From positions 1 to 64,000 of the forward strand of contig JAMDHS010000018.1 of NCBI GenBank assembly GCA_029717555.1: a stretch of 64,000 nt of DNA, in the 5' to 3' direction. A program made the position numbers and the translations under genes. Below the pieces are notes generated by a model that worked only from the letters and a program-made list of their open reading frames with translations, was not told the DNA's origin and searched no databases. Source of the DNA: Peribolospora baueri (lineage: Eukaryota). Positions 11,285 through 23,800 of this stretch are shown in pieces (the first letter of the stretch is position 1; every line of letters starts with the position of its first letter).

Positions 11285-13823
11285 TCACTCCCTCATAGCT
11301 GTTCCCCCCCCATTCACAACGTCCCTCGCCGTGACCAACGCCCTCTCGGCGAAAAACCTCACGTCCGCGTCGTTGTCCTCCTTCAGCTTTTCCAACCCAG
11401 GCACGATCCTCTCCCCGGCCAGCTGACGGCCCTCGTCACCTCCGTCGGCGGCAAGCGCGGATGCGAGCACCTCGAGCGCCTTGGCAACATTGAAGCGGAT
11501 GTTGGGAATCGCGTCCGTGACCAGGGAGAGCACTGTATCCAGCACCGAATCACGGATCGTTGCCACGTTCAGAGAGGGGGCCATGGTCTGCGAGCGGACG
11601 AGAAGGAATACGTCGAGTCGACAAATAGTCGGGTGAGCGTCGGCATAGGGCAATACGTCGAGACGACGACGGAACGGGCGAGCATCCGGTCTAACACAGT
11701 CCGCTCCTCCGCCGGCTCGAGTATGACTTACGGTGATGGCAAAAATGGTAGTCATGCGATAGAGGTAGTTGGGGTTATTGCCCATAGCGAGCACCTTGGG
11801 TATAATGGTCTCCCTCGCCCAGTCGACGCCGAAGACGTCAGTGAGCTTCTTCAAGTTGACCGTAGCGGCCTCCCGGATGGAGAAGACGGTGTCGCCGAGC
11901 CAGGACATGCACAGATTGGAAAGCTGCTCGTCGAAAAAATCGACACCGAGCTGGGTGGCCAGCAGAGGAATGTACTCAATGATCGCCTGTCGCACTCGCC
12001 ATTGTTTGTCTTCCGCCAGCTCGACGATCGCGGGGAGAAGGGATTGGGAGAGGAGGTCGACACCGATGACTGTGTAAGGAGAACGCAGTCAGCGCCCATC
12101 CTTCGAACTGGCGTCCCATCGCACCCATTCCGACTCGCTCCCCATCGTGCCCACTCACCCTCGTTGACCTGCTCAAGCTTGGAGATGATGTTGAGCCTGA
12201 CGTCCGGGAAGTCGTCCTTCAGGAGCTGCAAGAAGAGCGGCAAGAGGTGCTCGATGGTAGCCTCCTTGCCCAACAGCGGTGCCAGGCCGCTGATCTGGTT
12301 GGCGAGCGCGGCGCGGACGTGTTGGGACGAATCAGAAGCGAGCTCGCGCACGCACGGCATCAGTCGGGCAAGGATGATCTCTTGGTCGACGAGCTTTGCA
12401 AAGCCTGCGCAGGAGAAAAAGGGCGTGGCCGAGACGGAAACGTGAGAGCTCGCTCATTGTCACCCGCAAGGACGACGACGACGAGGACTCACCAGGAACC
12501 TGACCCGCGCCGGCGGTGCGCACCTCGGCCTCGTTGTCTTTGAGCAAGGATACAAAGGCAGGCACCAGGTCGTCTCGCACCACGTCCTCTCCGACAGCGG
12601 ACGCGAGCTAGGACCCAAAGGAGGTCGTGGAAAGAGGAATCGAAAGGGCAGATAGTCCGGCGTTATCAGAGCCAGTTCAAACGAGATGAAGCCAGCCAAA
12701 AGCGAGCTCTTCTCTCCCGGGAGACGGGACGGCTCCCATACCACTGTTCCCTAATTCATCCTCGATCCTGATCTTACGGGCGGACCGCCCGCCCACCGAC
12801 TCGCTCATGCTCACCTTGACATAATGATCAGCGACCATATACCTAACTCTCCAGCTCTTGTCCTGCACAGCCGCGCGGAGGCTGCCCAACAAGTAGTTCT
12901 TCGCCTCTTCGTGGTCAAGCATCTCGGCAATGGAAATGAGGTCCTGCACTGTCAGCAGGCGGACGCTGTCCTGGTCGTCCGAGGCGAGTTTCCGATAGAG
13001 CGGAATGAGGTCGGAGATGACCACTTTTTTGGTCAGGTGCTTCGCGAACGGCTGTGGGCGAAGGCGAATCAACAAGAAGGGAGCACGTCATCCTCGTCAG
13101 CCGAAGGTGGTCCATGGAGGGGTTAGCCCGCTGCCGCCGCGACTCACACCCAAATCCCTCGCGGCGCTTCTCCTGACCATCGGCGTATCGTCGTTACAGA
13201 GCGCGGCAAACATCCTCCTCATGTCCTCTTGGGTGTTCGGATTGACCTTTTCGTAGACGGCCGAAAAGAGGGAGGTGGCCGAGGTCCGAGAGGTGAACCA
13301 GTCACCGCCAGAGAGGCGCTTGAGAAGCGGAATGTAGTGCTCTTCGATTTGCGAGGGCGAGAGCGACTCGGAGACTTTCGTGATCGATTCGGATGCCTAG
13401 CGGGGTGAAAGAGATGGGAGGGGAGGGGGGCAGGGTTAGAAAAAAGAAAGAGAGGAGAAAGGGGAAAGAGCACGTCGCCGGCTGACGGACGACGCGGTCA
13501 GGACGCACCTTTTCCCTGACCACCGTCTCCTCCACGGCGGCCAAGTTTTCCAAGGGGCCGAGTAAGAGGTGAGCGTAAGCAGGGCCGCCGAGGTACTCAA
13601 CGAAGCCGACGCCGAGCTCCTCGGCGAGGGCCAAGAGCACCTCATCCTCGTCGTCGAGGCTGTCCTGCAAGAAAGGGATCAACTCATCGCGCGCCCTATC
13701 GGGGCCGAGGGCGAGGGCGATGGTGGAGATGCGGCGGACGGCGTTGAGGCGGAGGGTGACATCGTCGGATTTCAGCTCGTCGATCAAGATGGCGATGGGG
13801 TAGAGCTCTGATTCGGCCTCCAT
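11285..13823 (-). CDS. tpd3: Protein phosphatase 2A scaffold (A/PR65) subunit, HEAT repeats; multi-exon
   Basis: [27 protein letters not shown]..., [37 protein letters not shown] segment, [19 protein letters not shown]. Confidence 0.97.
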
Positions 13824-15044
13824 GGTGGGCAAAGGGGGCACGAGACGGGTGTGATAATGGCGGCGGCGGCAGCAGCGAGAGACGAGCAGCTGCTATGGAC
13901 GGGACGAAGGACGGGAGGGTGGAAGAGGTAAGGAGAGACAATAAGCACGGAGAGCGTGTGTGATATGTGTTTTGGCGCTGGTCGTCGCGTTCGGTGGTGT
14001 CGTCTACGCCGTCCGTCGTTCTTCTCGGTTCTTCTTGTTCTTCTTCTTCTCGTCGCCGTCGTCTTTCTTCTCCGTGAGCAGCCGGTCGGGCGGGGTGTAT
14101 GGGTAGGAGCGAGAAGGAGAAGAGAAGGCGAGAAGGGATGGAGAGGAGGGGAAGGGAGGTGGGAGGGAGATGCAAGTATGGGTTGTGAGGAGAAAGGCGG
14201 CGTAGGACGAAGGAGTGGGATAAGAAGATGAAGATGATGGAAGGGTCGATGGATGGAAGTCTCTCGTTGAGAACAGAACAGAACGCTCCCGCCAATCCAG
14301 CCCAGCCAAGCCAAAGCAGGCGACAAGCCAGCCTTGGCCGGGCGCGCGAGAGACGAACGACAAGTGACCGCGCCCGTCCATCTTCCCACCCTCCCAAGTT
14401 AGGGTTACCACACCACCACACCAACACCGACCACGCTTAAGCCTGCCCAGCAACGCCCAGCCCAACCGATAAGCCAGTCGCCCCAGCTAGGTCAAGGGAA
14501 GAAAAAAAAGGAAGGAAGAAAGATAGCTACTGGAAAGGTTCTGTAACAAGTCCCCCTCTTCTTTGTTGTCCTACTCCTCACAGCCGAAGTTTTGGCGAGC
14601 AGACCGGGGCAGACAGAGAGAACGGCCCACTCTCTCCCTTCCCACTCGCCCATAACCTGCTCCCGATCATGGATGGCCCTCGTCACAGTCCGAATATCAC
14701 CTTGATCACCACTCGCAAGGGCAACACACGCTTAAACCGCCCTCGAGGCCGGCTTCAGGCCGGGAAGGAAGGGTCAGGCAGTCGTCCAAAGAAGGGGAGA
14801 AAGGCCATGCGCATGGACACGAGAAAGACCGAGGTGCACGACGAAACAGCTTGCAGGACCCGCACGTTCGTCCCTCTCTTCCTCTCGTCTAACTCTATTT
14901 ATTCATCCCCGTAGAGGGCGCAGAACCGTGCGCTGATGCTGATGCTGACACCGGAGCTTACGAGCGAAGCGCTGGGAGGCGAACGGCGTCTTCCGAAGGA
15001 GACGTGGCGAGGTGAATGTCGATCATGGAACCGGCGACACGCCG

Positions 15045-16309
15045 TCAGTCGACCTCGGGCAAGGAGACCGGGGACATGGGCATGGGCGTGGGCGAGGGCG
15101 TACCGCTCCGTTTTGGCGAATGAGGTTCGCCATTCGGCGCGCCATTTGTGTATTCTAGGACAATGCTGCGCGTAGAAAAAACTCGACCGTACTCGTACAT
15201 GACATGACTATGAAGCCGGGCACCGAAGAAGATGCACAGGCTATGTGGAAGGGAAAGTGACACAAGCCCGTCGTCGTCGTCTTCACCCTCACGTACCGTC
15301 AAGCTTCATTATCGGCTCAGGCCTCTTGGAGAAGACGAGCTTCCGGCGGACGATGGTAACGACATCGTAGAAGATGCGGTCCTTCTCCTTCGAGTGTTCT
15401 TCTCCTCCTTCCTCCTCCCCTCCCGCTGCCGTTTCTCCGCGCTCGCTGTTCCTTGTTTCGTCTTCACCTTCCCCATTTTCGAGCTCTCTTCCTCTCAACC
15501 TCGCCTTGCCAAACCGATACGCCCCGTCGCTGTCCTCCCCTTCCGGCGCACCGCGCCCTCCGATAACCCCTCGAACGGGGCTCGAGCTCGAAAAATCGTG
15601 GGCATCCCTGTAGGTCCCTAGCACGCCGTCCCTCCGCTCCTCATACTTGCCGTCAGCCTCACGCACAAGTGCCAGTCCGCTCTCCACGCCTGCATTCCCG
15701 TTGTCGCCCTCCGGCCGCTTGCGCTTCCGGACCGCGTCTGGTCGCCCCGGGTCGGAAGGGTTCGTACTCCCCATCTCCGCGCCCGCCACGGCCATCTCCA
15801 TCTCCTGGACCACACGCTCGCGCTTCTGCAGGATGGCAAGCGGTCGTTGAAGCTTTACGAGTCGGCCTTCAAGGCGGTGGTGAGCTATTGTTAAGACTGG
15901 TTTATCCTGGAGTTGTGTTAAGGTCAGACGAGAGAGGACAAAAGATAAAGTTGGGTGGGAAGGCGAGCGACTCGGACAAGGCAAAGAAGAGATAGGACGA
16001 GCGATGGAGATGTCAAATTGAGAGCGAAGAACTCACCTCCCTCCCCTTCGTCCACTCCAGACCTCCTATCCGATGTCCCGCCCACGCTTCGCCTCGCGTC
16101 GTCGCTGTCGTTGACCTCTCTACCCCCTCCATCTCTAACGACCCTTGCAACTCGATGAGAACGAGTTCTCCGTTGGGGGAAAGCTCTAGGAGCGGCGCTG
16201 GAAGGGGCGCGGTCGATCGACCGCCGGTGGACCGCTCTGGGGAAGATGAAGCGAAAGGGAGTGTAGGAGGCGTGGGGTTCGGACCTGGGATGGGGACATG
16301 GATTCGCAT
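15045..16309 (-). CDS. ctf8: Ctf8, alternative RFC (Ctf18-RFC) cohesion factor; probable last exon ending at 15045 (unspliced stop at 15289)
   Basis: LVLIELQGSL, IGGL, LTIAHHRLEGRLVKLQRPLAILQK, YDVVTIVRRKLVFSKRPEPI. Confidence 0.88.
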
Positions 16310-16433
16310 GGCTTGACTAGCTTCCTACTCATTCGTGGCGTTGGAGGTCTCGAAAGGTGCACAGGCCGATGGCGGAGATGAAGAAGAGGCTCACTGTCTT
16401 CGCTCGACGTCCGAAGCTGTTTTCACAGCAATC

Positions 16434-16470
16434 ACGCGTCGCGTCGCGGTACTCGCGTAAATGACGTAAC
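16434..16470. promoter_or_regulatory. MCB-like (ACGCGT/CGCG) cluster plus CRE-like TGACGTAA upstream of ctf8
   Basis: acgcgtcgcgtcgcggtactcgcgtaaatgacgtaac lies about 125-160 bp upstream of the ctf8 ATG. Confidence 0.45.
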
Positions 16471-17123
16471 CGCTGCGGCTCGGTTGAGTGCACGCAAGGC
16501 AAGGGCTTTCCACGCTCCGAGGACTAGATTTCGAGAGCTGTTTGACCGTTTCAACCCTCCTTTCTTTCGCCGGGAAAAGCTGGAGGCGTGGGTCAAGGGA
16601 AGGCTAAAGGAGCGATAGCTTTGGCGTCGACCGACGGAAAAGAAGGATCGGCCAAAGGAAGACCTGGTTCAGCCTTTCAAAAAACAGCCAAATCGCACCG
16701 ACACCCATCTTGTGGTCGGACACCATTGTTGACTGGTGCCGGGGAGACACCAATACAGGAGTTCAAGAAAACGACAGGAGCAAAAAGGCCAGAAGCGGCA
16801 AAGACGCGACCGCGACAGTGGAGGAAAGGCTAGGCAGGCGGGATTTGGCCTCCTGGGTTGTCGCTATCTTTTTGTATGCTGTAGCCCTTTCCTTCGAGTC
16901 TCACATCCTGACGACGGTCCAAACACAGAAATCACGTTGACGGACACTTCCCTGGAGATCTATCCGCTAGTGTGGCATGAAATGGTCCCTCGGCCGAAGA
17001 AACGTCTGTCGCGAAAGGCGACGAGTACGCACGGTCTATCGCGATGCCGCACCCTGCCTTGCATCCCTGCCCGTCCGCTTGCCGGTGCAAGCGGATCGTT
17101 CCAAAGCTTACTCAAATCTCCAA

Positions 17124-17867
17124 TCAAATTCGCTTCTCGGGCGAAGGAGACGGAGCCGCAGAAGGAGCCGCAAGAGGAGCCGCGGGAGGAGCTGCAGCAC
17201 CGCCTCCGATCCTACCGGAGAGCTGCTCTCGCTCCTGGTCGCGAAGGACGCGCACGCCTGGAATGGCCGTCGGGTTGAAGGCGCGCTCGCAGTCCGAGTA
17301 GGCCGACCCGAGGCCAAAGCCTAGACCGAGGAAGACGGGCCAGGGACGACCTGATTGGCGAGCCGACAGGGTGGTTTGGACAATGAAGAGGAAGTGATGA
17401 TAGAAAAAGGAAATGAATATGGACCAAATCAGTATGATACTTGTGGAAAGATGACTTTCAGAAATTCGTCTGTTCTATCATCCCTCGGCAAAGGAGCAAT
17501 GGAGCACCCGTGCGTGCACCTACAGACCAAGGCGATCGGCAAGCTACATGTGAGAGGAAACGGTCGACGAAGGTCGCTACTCACGCTTGAAGAGAATGAC
17601 AGAAAGAACGACACCGGCTCCGAGACCCATACCGGCTTTGACGATGCCATTGGAGAGGCAGAGGTCGGTCTGGGCAGAATAAGAAGAATGGCAATCGCAA
17701 TCAGCCGCTGCATCTACGCGTTCGAGGTTCGGCCGGTCGACCAGTTGGTGGAGACGACTTGAATGTGGAAATTGCCGCTCGCTTGCTTGGGGCCTCACCT
17801 TCTGAGCAAGGATGTCCTCGCTCGGGACCTTCGCGGGCCCGGCGCTGGAGGACGGTGACGAAGACAT
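17124..17867 (-). CDS. mic10: MICOS subunit Mic10; introns 17670-17798 and 17351-17584
   Basis: Spliced product VPSEDILAQK|TDLCLSNGIVKAGMGLGAGVVLSVILFKR|RPWPVFLGLGFGLGSAYSDCERAFNP, with two GxGxGxG TM motifs. Confidence 0.93.
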
Positions 17868-18342
17868 AGTAGGGAGGAGAGGATGCGAGTTGGAAGATGG
17901 GCTTCAAGTTGATCAACGTGCGTCGCTCGCGAGCAATCGGAGGGAAGAGCCGAGAGTTAGGGTTATGACGGAGATTAACACTTGGTCTTCTAGTGCACTG
18001 CGTTCCCGCAAGAAAGACAGGCCAGTCTCACTTCACTCCCAAAGCTACTCACTCATAGACCACCGGACGGCCGCCTCCGGTGACCCGCTCGCTTCACCAT
18101 GCGACCCAAGGCATTCAAGGGCAAGCGCTGAGTCCGACGGATCGTCGTCTCGCAGGTTCACGGTCTGTCGTACACGCTATGTGCAGCCCCAGCTCCGCGC
18201 GCCCCCGATCAGATATATATTTGCGGGCAAGTGCCTAGAGACGATTTATTTATTCTCATTCAGGTCCCTTTGGTTACTCTATTCGAGTGCTGTCGCTGCT
18301 TTCTAGCCCTGAGGGCGTCTCACAATTCCATTCTGGCACATC

Positions 18343-21300
18343 ATGGAGCGCGGCGACTCGTGTCATGACTCGGCACCGTCTTCAACGAAATGCTTCGAGT
18401 CTCACCCTAGCTTGACATCGAACTCCCGAGACGATCTGCCTCCTGAATCTGGCCCAGCTTTGAGGGTCCAGACAGCCGCGGACAAGATTTGGTCTTTGTC
18501 CACTCGGTCGCGTTCTCCTTTGGGTCGAGCCTTCTCTCGTCCTCCTTCACCCGCCCGCCAATCTCGGGTCCTTCACCACAGGGCATCGGCCTCCGACGTT
18601 CTCTCTTCTGGCTCTCTCAGTCAGCAACGTCGCGGAGACGTCGACGCAGGCGACGCTTCCAGCACATACACGCCCTTATCGTCACGCGCCTCCTCGTGTA
18701 GCGCCAATTCTTCCGTCTCCGGCAGCTTTCGGGGCAGCACTATTTCGATCCTTGCGAGCGGCATACGTAAGGTCAGGCGAGGATATGACCGCTTGAAGAT
18801 GACCGCCTGGGCTCGAGAGAGCGTTGATGAGAGCGGGAAAGATGAATTCAAGGCGGTTGGTCAGAGAATGGGAGAAGGCGCAGAAGGGAATGAAACGGAA
18901 GCGCGCCGTCTTCAACTCTTACGACTTCAAGACTGGCATCAACCACGGTTTCATAGACAGATCGAGGAGGATCGTGCCGAGGCATCTGCACTTGTCAAGG
19001 ACGCTCAGGTTCATCTCAGCGAGGGAAATACCAACGCACCTCAGTCTATGAAAGTCAACACCGCTCAGCCGTCTCGTCGCGACATCGCTGCTCAAACCCT
19101 ACCCGTCAATCCGCAAGCCATGCGGACCGACGTGCCTGGCGCCTGTGCCTCCGGAGGAAGCCCGACATTCACAATATCATCGCCACAAATGGCCGCAGCG
19201 GCTCCCTGCCAGAACGGCAAAGAAGCTGGACTAGTACCAGGTCTGGTGGCTACATCGGACGTCGTACCGAAGGGTACTTCCCTATGCTCTCTAGAACCAA
19301 CAGTCCAGCTCGTTCCGACCGCCGGTACAGCTTGCGACGGAACCCCAGCAGATTTGCCCTCATCTCCGCCTGCAAGTCGCCCCCGAGCTTCCCTCGTTTT
19401 GGGTCTCTCTCCATTTGGTTCTGTCAGCGCCAGCAGGAACTGCGGCAGCGGTCCGAATAGTCCGACGGTCGGATCGCGGCGTGCTTCTCCGCGCACGTCC
19501 CCCGTGCGAGACAAGTTTATCTCCTTACCTGTCGTCCCTCCTCGATCGTCTTCTCCCTCTCCTACGTTTTCGTGGAATGATCCATCGGGTTCACCTGCTG
19601 CTTCAATGGCGGCGCAAGAGTTTGGTCTTTCTCCTGTCCAGCGGGGCGGTGACGATTGGGAGGAGCTCGATGTTCCTGTCGAATTGCAGGAGGGGACGAC
19701 TTTGTTGAAGGTCACAAGCAAGAAGGTGCAGCAAAGAGTGTTTCGGTTGGATGCGGACAGAGGCGAGATTCGATGGGAGAGTAAGAAGGGGAATAGAAGT
19801 GAGTTCTGTTTGTGACTGCACTGGCGTTCTTGATGGGGAAGTTGCTATTGAAGGTCCGTCAGCGCCTCTGTGCAAGTCCATCGCTTACTCTGATCGCTTC
19901 GCGTTGGGGACGATTTTCGGCCTGTTGCGGCCTGATCAGTCAATATTGATTCTATCAAAGAAGTTCGAATCGGCTCCGAAGCGCGCTCTTACCGATTGAC
20001 GCTAAAGATCGCTCATGAGCATGAGCAGCGCTGGATCAGCATTATCTACCAAACCATGGGCGTCTACAAGGCTCTGCACCTCATCGCGCTCTCTCCCGCC
20101 ACGTTTATAGCCTGGAGAGATACGCTCACCCGTCTCACTGGGCTCCGACGAGACCTCATGGGTGGACTAGGCATGCTCCAATGGAGACAGCACGTCTGGC
20201 TTCGTCAGCACTGGAGCCAGGCGGACGAGAGCGGCGACCAGAAGCTCGACCTCGACGAAATCGTCAAGTTGTGCCGCCGCCTCGGAATACAGTCTTCTAC
20301 GGAGGACCTTCAGAGACTCTTCACCACGGCCGACCACAGGAAGAGGGGTTACCTGGATTTTGAGAACTTCCAATACTTTGTCAAGTTGCTCAAGCGAAGG
20401 ACTGAGGTGGAGAGGGTGTTTCGCGATGTGTCTGACGCGACCTGGCCGAGATGTGCGCATCGAGAGCCGGCGCGAGAAGGCCAGCACGGGGGGAAGAGGC
20501 AAAGGTCTGATGACTTTAAAGTTGGCGACGCAATTGAGGCCATAGGCGATGGCCAGGGTGAGGAGCCTGCGATGACGTTTGAAGGATTCAGGAGGTTCGT
20601 GAAGGAGGTGCAATTTGTGAGTTTGGCTCCATCAGGTCATCCAACCACTTTCTTTTCGCCGACGTCATCGTTAAGCTGCTTGTGTTGATGAAACGCGGCG
20701 TGTGCCTTCCTTTTCTGGACAGTGCCATGAGGCAAGCGGTGCTTGGCTTCACGCCGTGTTCAACAAATTCTCGACAGCACTACCCAACTGTCCGCCTTGC
20801 GAGCACGGGCCGATGACGCTTCGCATGGAGGAGGAGATGAACAAACTGCTCACGCTGGAAGGTTTCACCGGATTTCTTCTCTCATCCGACAACTTGCTAC
20901 TTCGGGATAGCCAAACAGCGTCTCACCAACAGGGCGGGGCGCCAACGCGCTGGAGCTCGAGCTCAGAGCGGGGTTACGAGGGCAAGAACGGGTACAACGT
21001 GTCGCACGATATGACCAGGCCATTAAGCGAGTACTACATCAGCTCAAGTCACAACACCTACCTCGTAGGTAATCAGTGGAAGGGAGATTCGACCGTGGAG
21101 GGTTACATCCGCGCTTTACAGCAAGGGTGTCGAAGTGTCGAGCGTGAGTTAGATGCAAAAGTAATACCGCTTTTGGGACCGAACTACATTTTGCCTACTA
21201 CTGTCTTTCCCACTCCTTCCACGCTATCGAGCAGTTGACTGCTGGGACGGCCCGAACAACCAACCTCAGATCACTCACGGCCTTACCCTGACCTCTAAAG

Positions 21301-23800
21301 TACCTTTCGCGGACGTCATGGTGGCCGTAGCGCGCTACGCCTTCGTCGCTTCGCCATATCCGTTGATCTTAAGTTTGGAGGTGCATTGCGACATCGAGCA
21401 ACAGGATCGCATGGCAGAGATCTTGAAGGAGACGCTCGGTGACGCGCTAGTCACTGGGATGTTGGAGGGGAGGAGTGGGAAAGAAGGCCTATTACCCAGT
21501 CCGGAGGAACTTAAGGGCCGCGTGCTTGTCAAGGTGAGCGTGCCAACAAGTCTTAACGTTGGTGTGAGATGTTGCTTTAAAATGGAAGTGATGACGGACG
21601 TATTGGACGGCCAGGCAAAGAATCTTCAGCGGCAGGCTTCTGTGGGCGATGGGAATGCGAAGATAGCCCTCGCTGAGCCTACGGAGATGACGACGACAAG
21701 CCCTGAAGTTACCGAATCCGAGACGGATCACGGGAAGTGTGAGTACATTGCTGCCACTATCCCCGTTTCATTTGTCCGCGTATGGAGGCTGATCACGTGT
21801 TATTCTCACAGCACTCTTCAACGCCAAAAGGCTCATGCGTACCGCTCGCAAGCGTCTTCAGCGATCGCCGTCTTCGTCGGAACTGGATCGCTCGGGCAGG
21901 GAAGATGTGCGTCCGGAGTTTCCTCCGCCAGGTTCTCATCCTGACGCTGGCGCAACGTCGCTAGCGTTTGAATCCTCAGAGGCCACTCTAGCTTCCGACG
22001 TCGCAGTGTCTTCTGCTCAACAAACTTCCCGTGGTCAGCAACGGGGCAAGGTCCTCATGTCGACGGCACTGGCTTCGCTTCTCGTCTACACCGTTGGTGT
22101 GAAATATCGCGGGTTCAACAAAAAAGAAAACTACGCCGTCGAGAACGTCATCAGCCTCTCTGAGAAGACGGCGACAAAGCTCATCAAGAGCAGCTCCGGC
22201 TCCGGTGCTCACGAACTTGCGAAGCACAATCGGACGCACCTGACGAGGGTGTATCCGAGTTTGAGCTTGAACAGGCTCGGGAGTAGCAATTACGTGCCGA
22301 CCAATTTCTGGGCCGCTGGCTGTCAGCTCGTGGCGCTCAACTGGCAGACCATGGGTGCGTTTTGGTAGAAGACGCCACAGAGACGGCATATCCTGTACGG
22401 TTTTGCCTTAGAGTGTCTGACTAGCCCTGTCTGCCCTGTATTGCCGTCGCAGACCTAGGCTTTGAGCTCAACCAAGCCATGTTTGCCCGCAACGGGAGGT
22501 GTGGCTATGTACTAAAGCCAGAGGCTTTACGCATCAAAGACACGTGCAAGGAAAAGGACTCTCCTCCCAGGCCACTTCGGTACTTACTTAACATTAAGGT
22601 GAGAGCGTGCTTTCTCCAAAACTTAAGTTAGAGGAGAGCGCGTTTCTCATTCTCCTCTTATTTCTCACCCTTCCGTCCGCAGATCATGTCGGCACAGCAA
22701 TTACCTCGGTTCAAAGGCGTGGTGAAGGAGAAGGAGACGGGCAGCGGCGAGGTTATTAACCCGTTCGTTGCCGTGACGGTGTACACCCCGCCAATGTGGG
22801 GCGAGCAGCCGTCTCTCGCGGATGTTACCATTTCCTCTCAAAATTGTCTCCCGTATCCTGGCAAGACTGTATCCAAGAACCCAAGCCAAGACCAGATCGC
22901 TCCAAACGTGGCCTCTCCGACAGGTCCGTTGTCCACGACTCCCACTCGGCGCGTGCAGAGCAGCTTTACGAGTCTTCTGGGCACTTCCTCGCCCTCCTTT
23001 ACTTCTGCTGCTTCAACCTCTTCGCACCAGTCCGAAGGAAAAGCGCCTGCCCCACTGCTTCTCTCGCCGTCGCAGGGATCGGCGCTAACGTCAACGGCAG
23101 GAATGGGGGTGGGATCGACTTCCTGTCCGCGCCCACGCCCACCTCGCAGTTTGTCCCAGCAATCCATAGCGTCCGTGGCTTCGACGTCGACATCCGCGTC
23201 GGCCTCCGCTTCCGGCACCGGTTCAGCTTCGATGCCAGGCTCGGTTTCCGCTCTGGCGGCAGCATCATCGAACAATCTGACAGTAGCCTCGGCCGCCCAG
23301 GCTGGTCGGACCGTCCGGCTTCGTACCAGGACTGTGAAGGGGAACGGTTTCAACCCTGTCTGGGAGGAGGTACTCTCTATTCCTTTGGACGTCCCTGCGT
23401 CGGCGTCGGCGTCGGCGTCGGGTTTGGAAGGATGCGCCTCGATCTCCACCGCTGCCGACCCATCTCGCGGTCTCCTGGATCTCTGCTTTGTCAGATTCGA
23501 GGTGTGCGAAGAGGACGCTCTGACGGGACGAAGCCTTGCGGGCTATTGTATCTCGCTTGGTAGCATGGGGTTGGGTGAGTTGTGGGAAAAACTGAGGAAG
23601 GGACGAGTAGGATGGAAAGGTACCGGGATGCACGACCGGCTCACTGATCGCCTCGTTCATCCCTGGTTCCCATCTCTGCTTCGCCTTTCCCCCTTTTTCT
23701 CCCGCTCGCAGGCTACCGCCACGTCGCGCTGTATGACAGCCAACTCTCTCAGTATCTCTTCTCGACGCTGTTCATCCACACTGATCTGCGCTTGGTCTGA
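18343..23800 (+). CDS. plc1: Phosphoinositide-specific phospholipase C (PH, EF-hand, X, Y, C2); multi-exon
   Basis: X box [47 protein letters not shown] box LTRVYP...[20 protein letters not shown]2 NGFNPVW and GYRHVALYD. Confidence 0.95.

Noticed and set aside
11252..12445. 397-aa plus-strand ORF
   Set aside because: Antisense shadow of the PP2A-A coding sequence, caused by GC3 codon bias. The same applies to many other antisense ORFs in the track.
13696..14465. Long minus-strand ORFs upstream of PP2A-A as an N-terminal extension or uORFs
   Set aside because: Low-complexity CT-rich leader. The conserved protein begins at [11 protein letters not shown].
16588..17120. Plus-strand ORFs between ctf8 and mic10
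   Set aside because: Mostly non-ATG starts with no motifs, overlapping the mic10 3' end in antisense.
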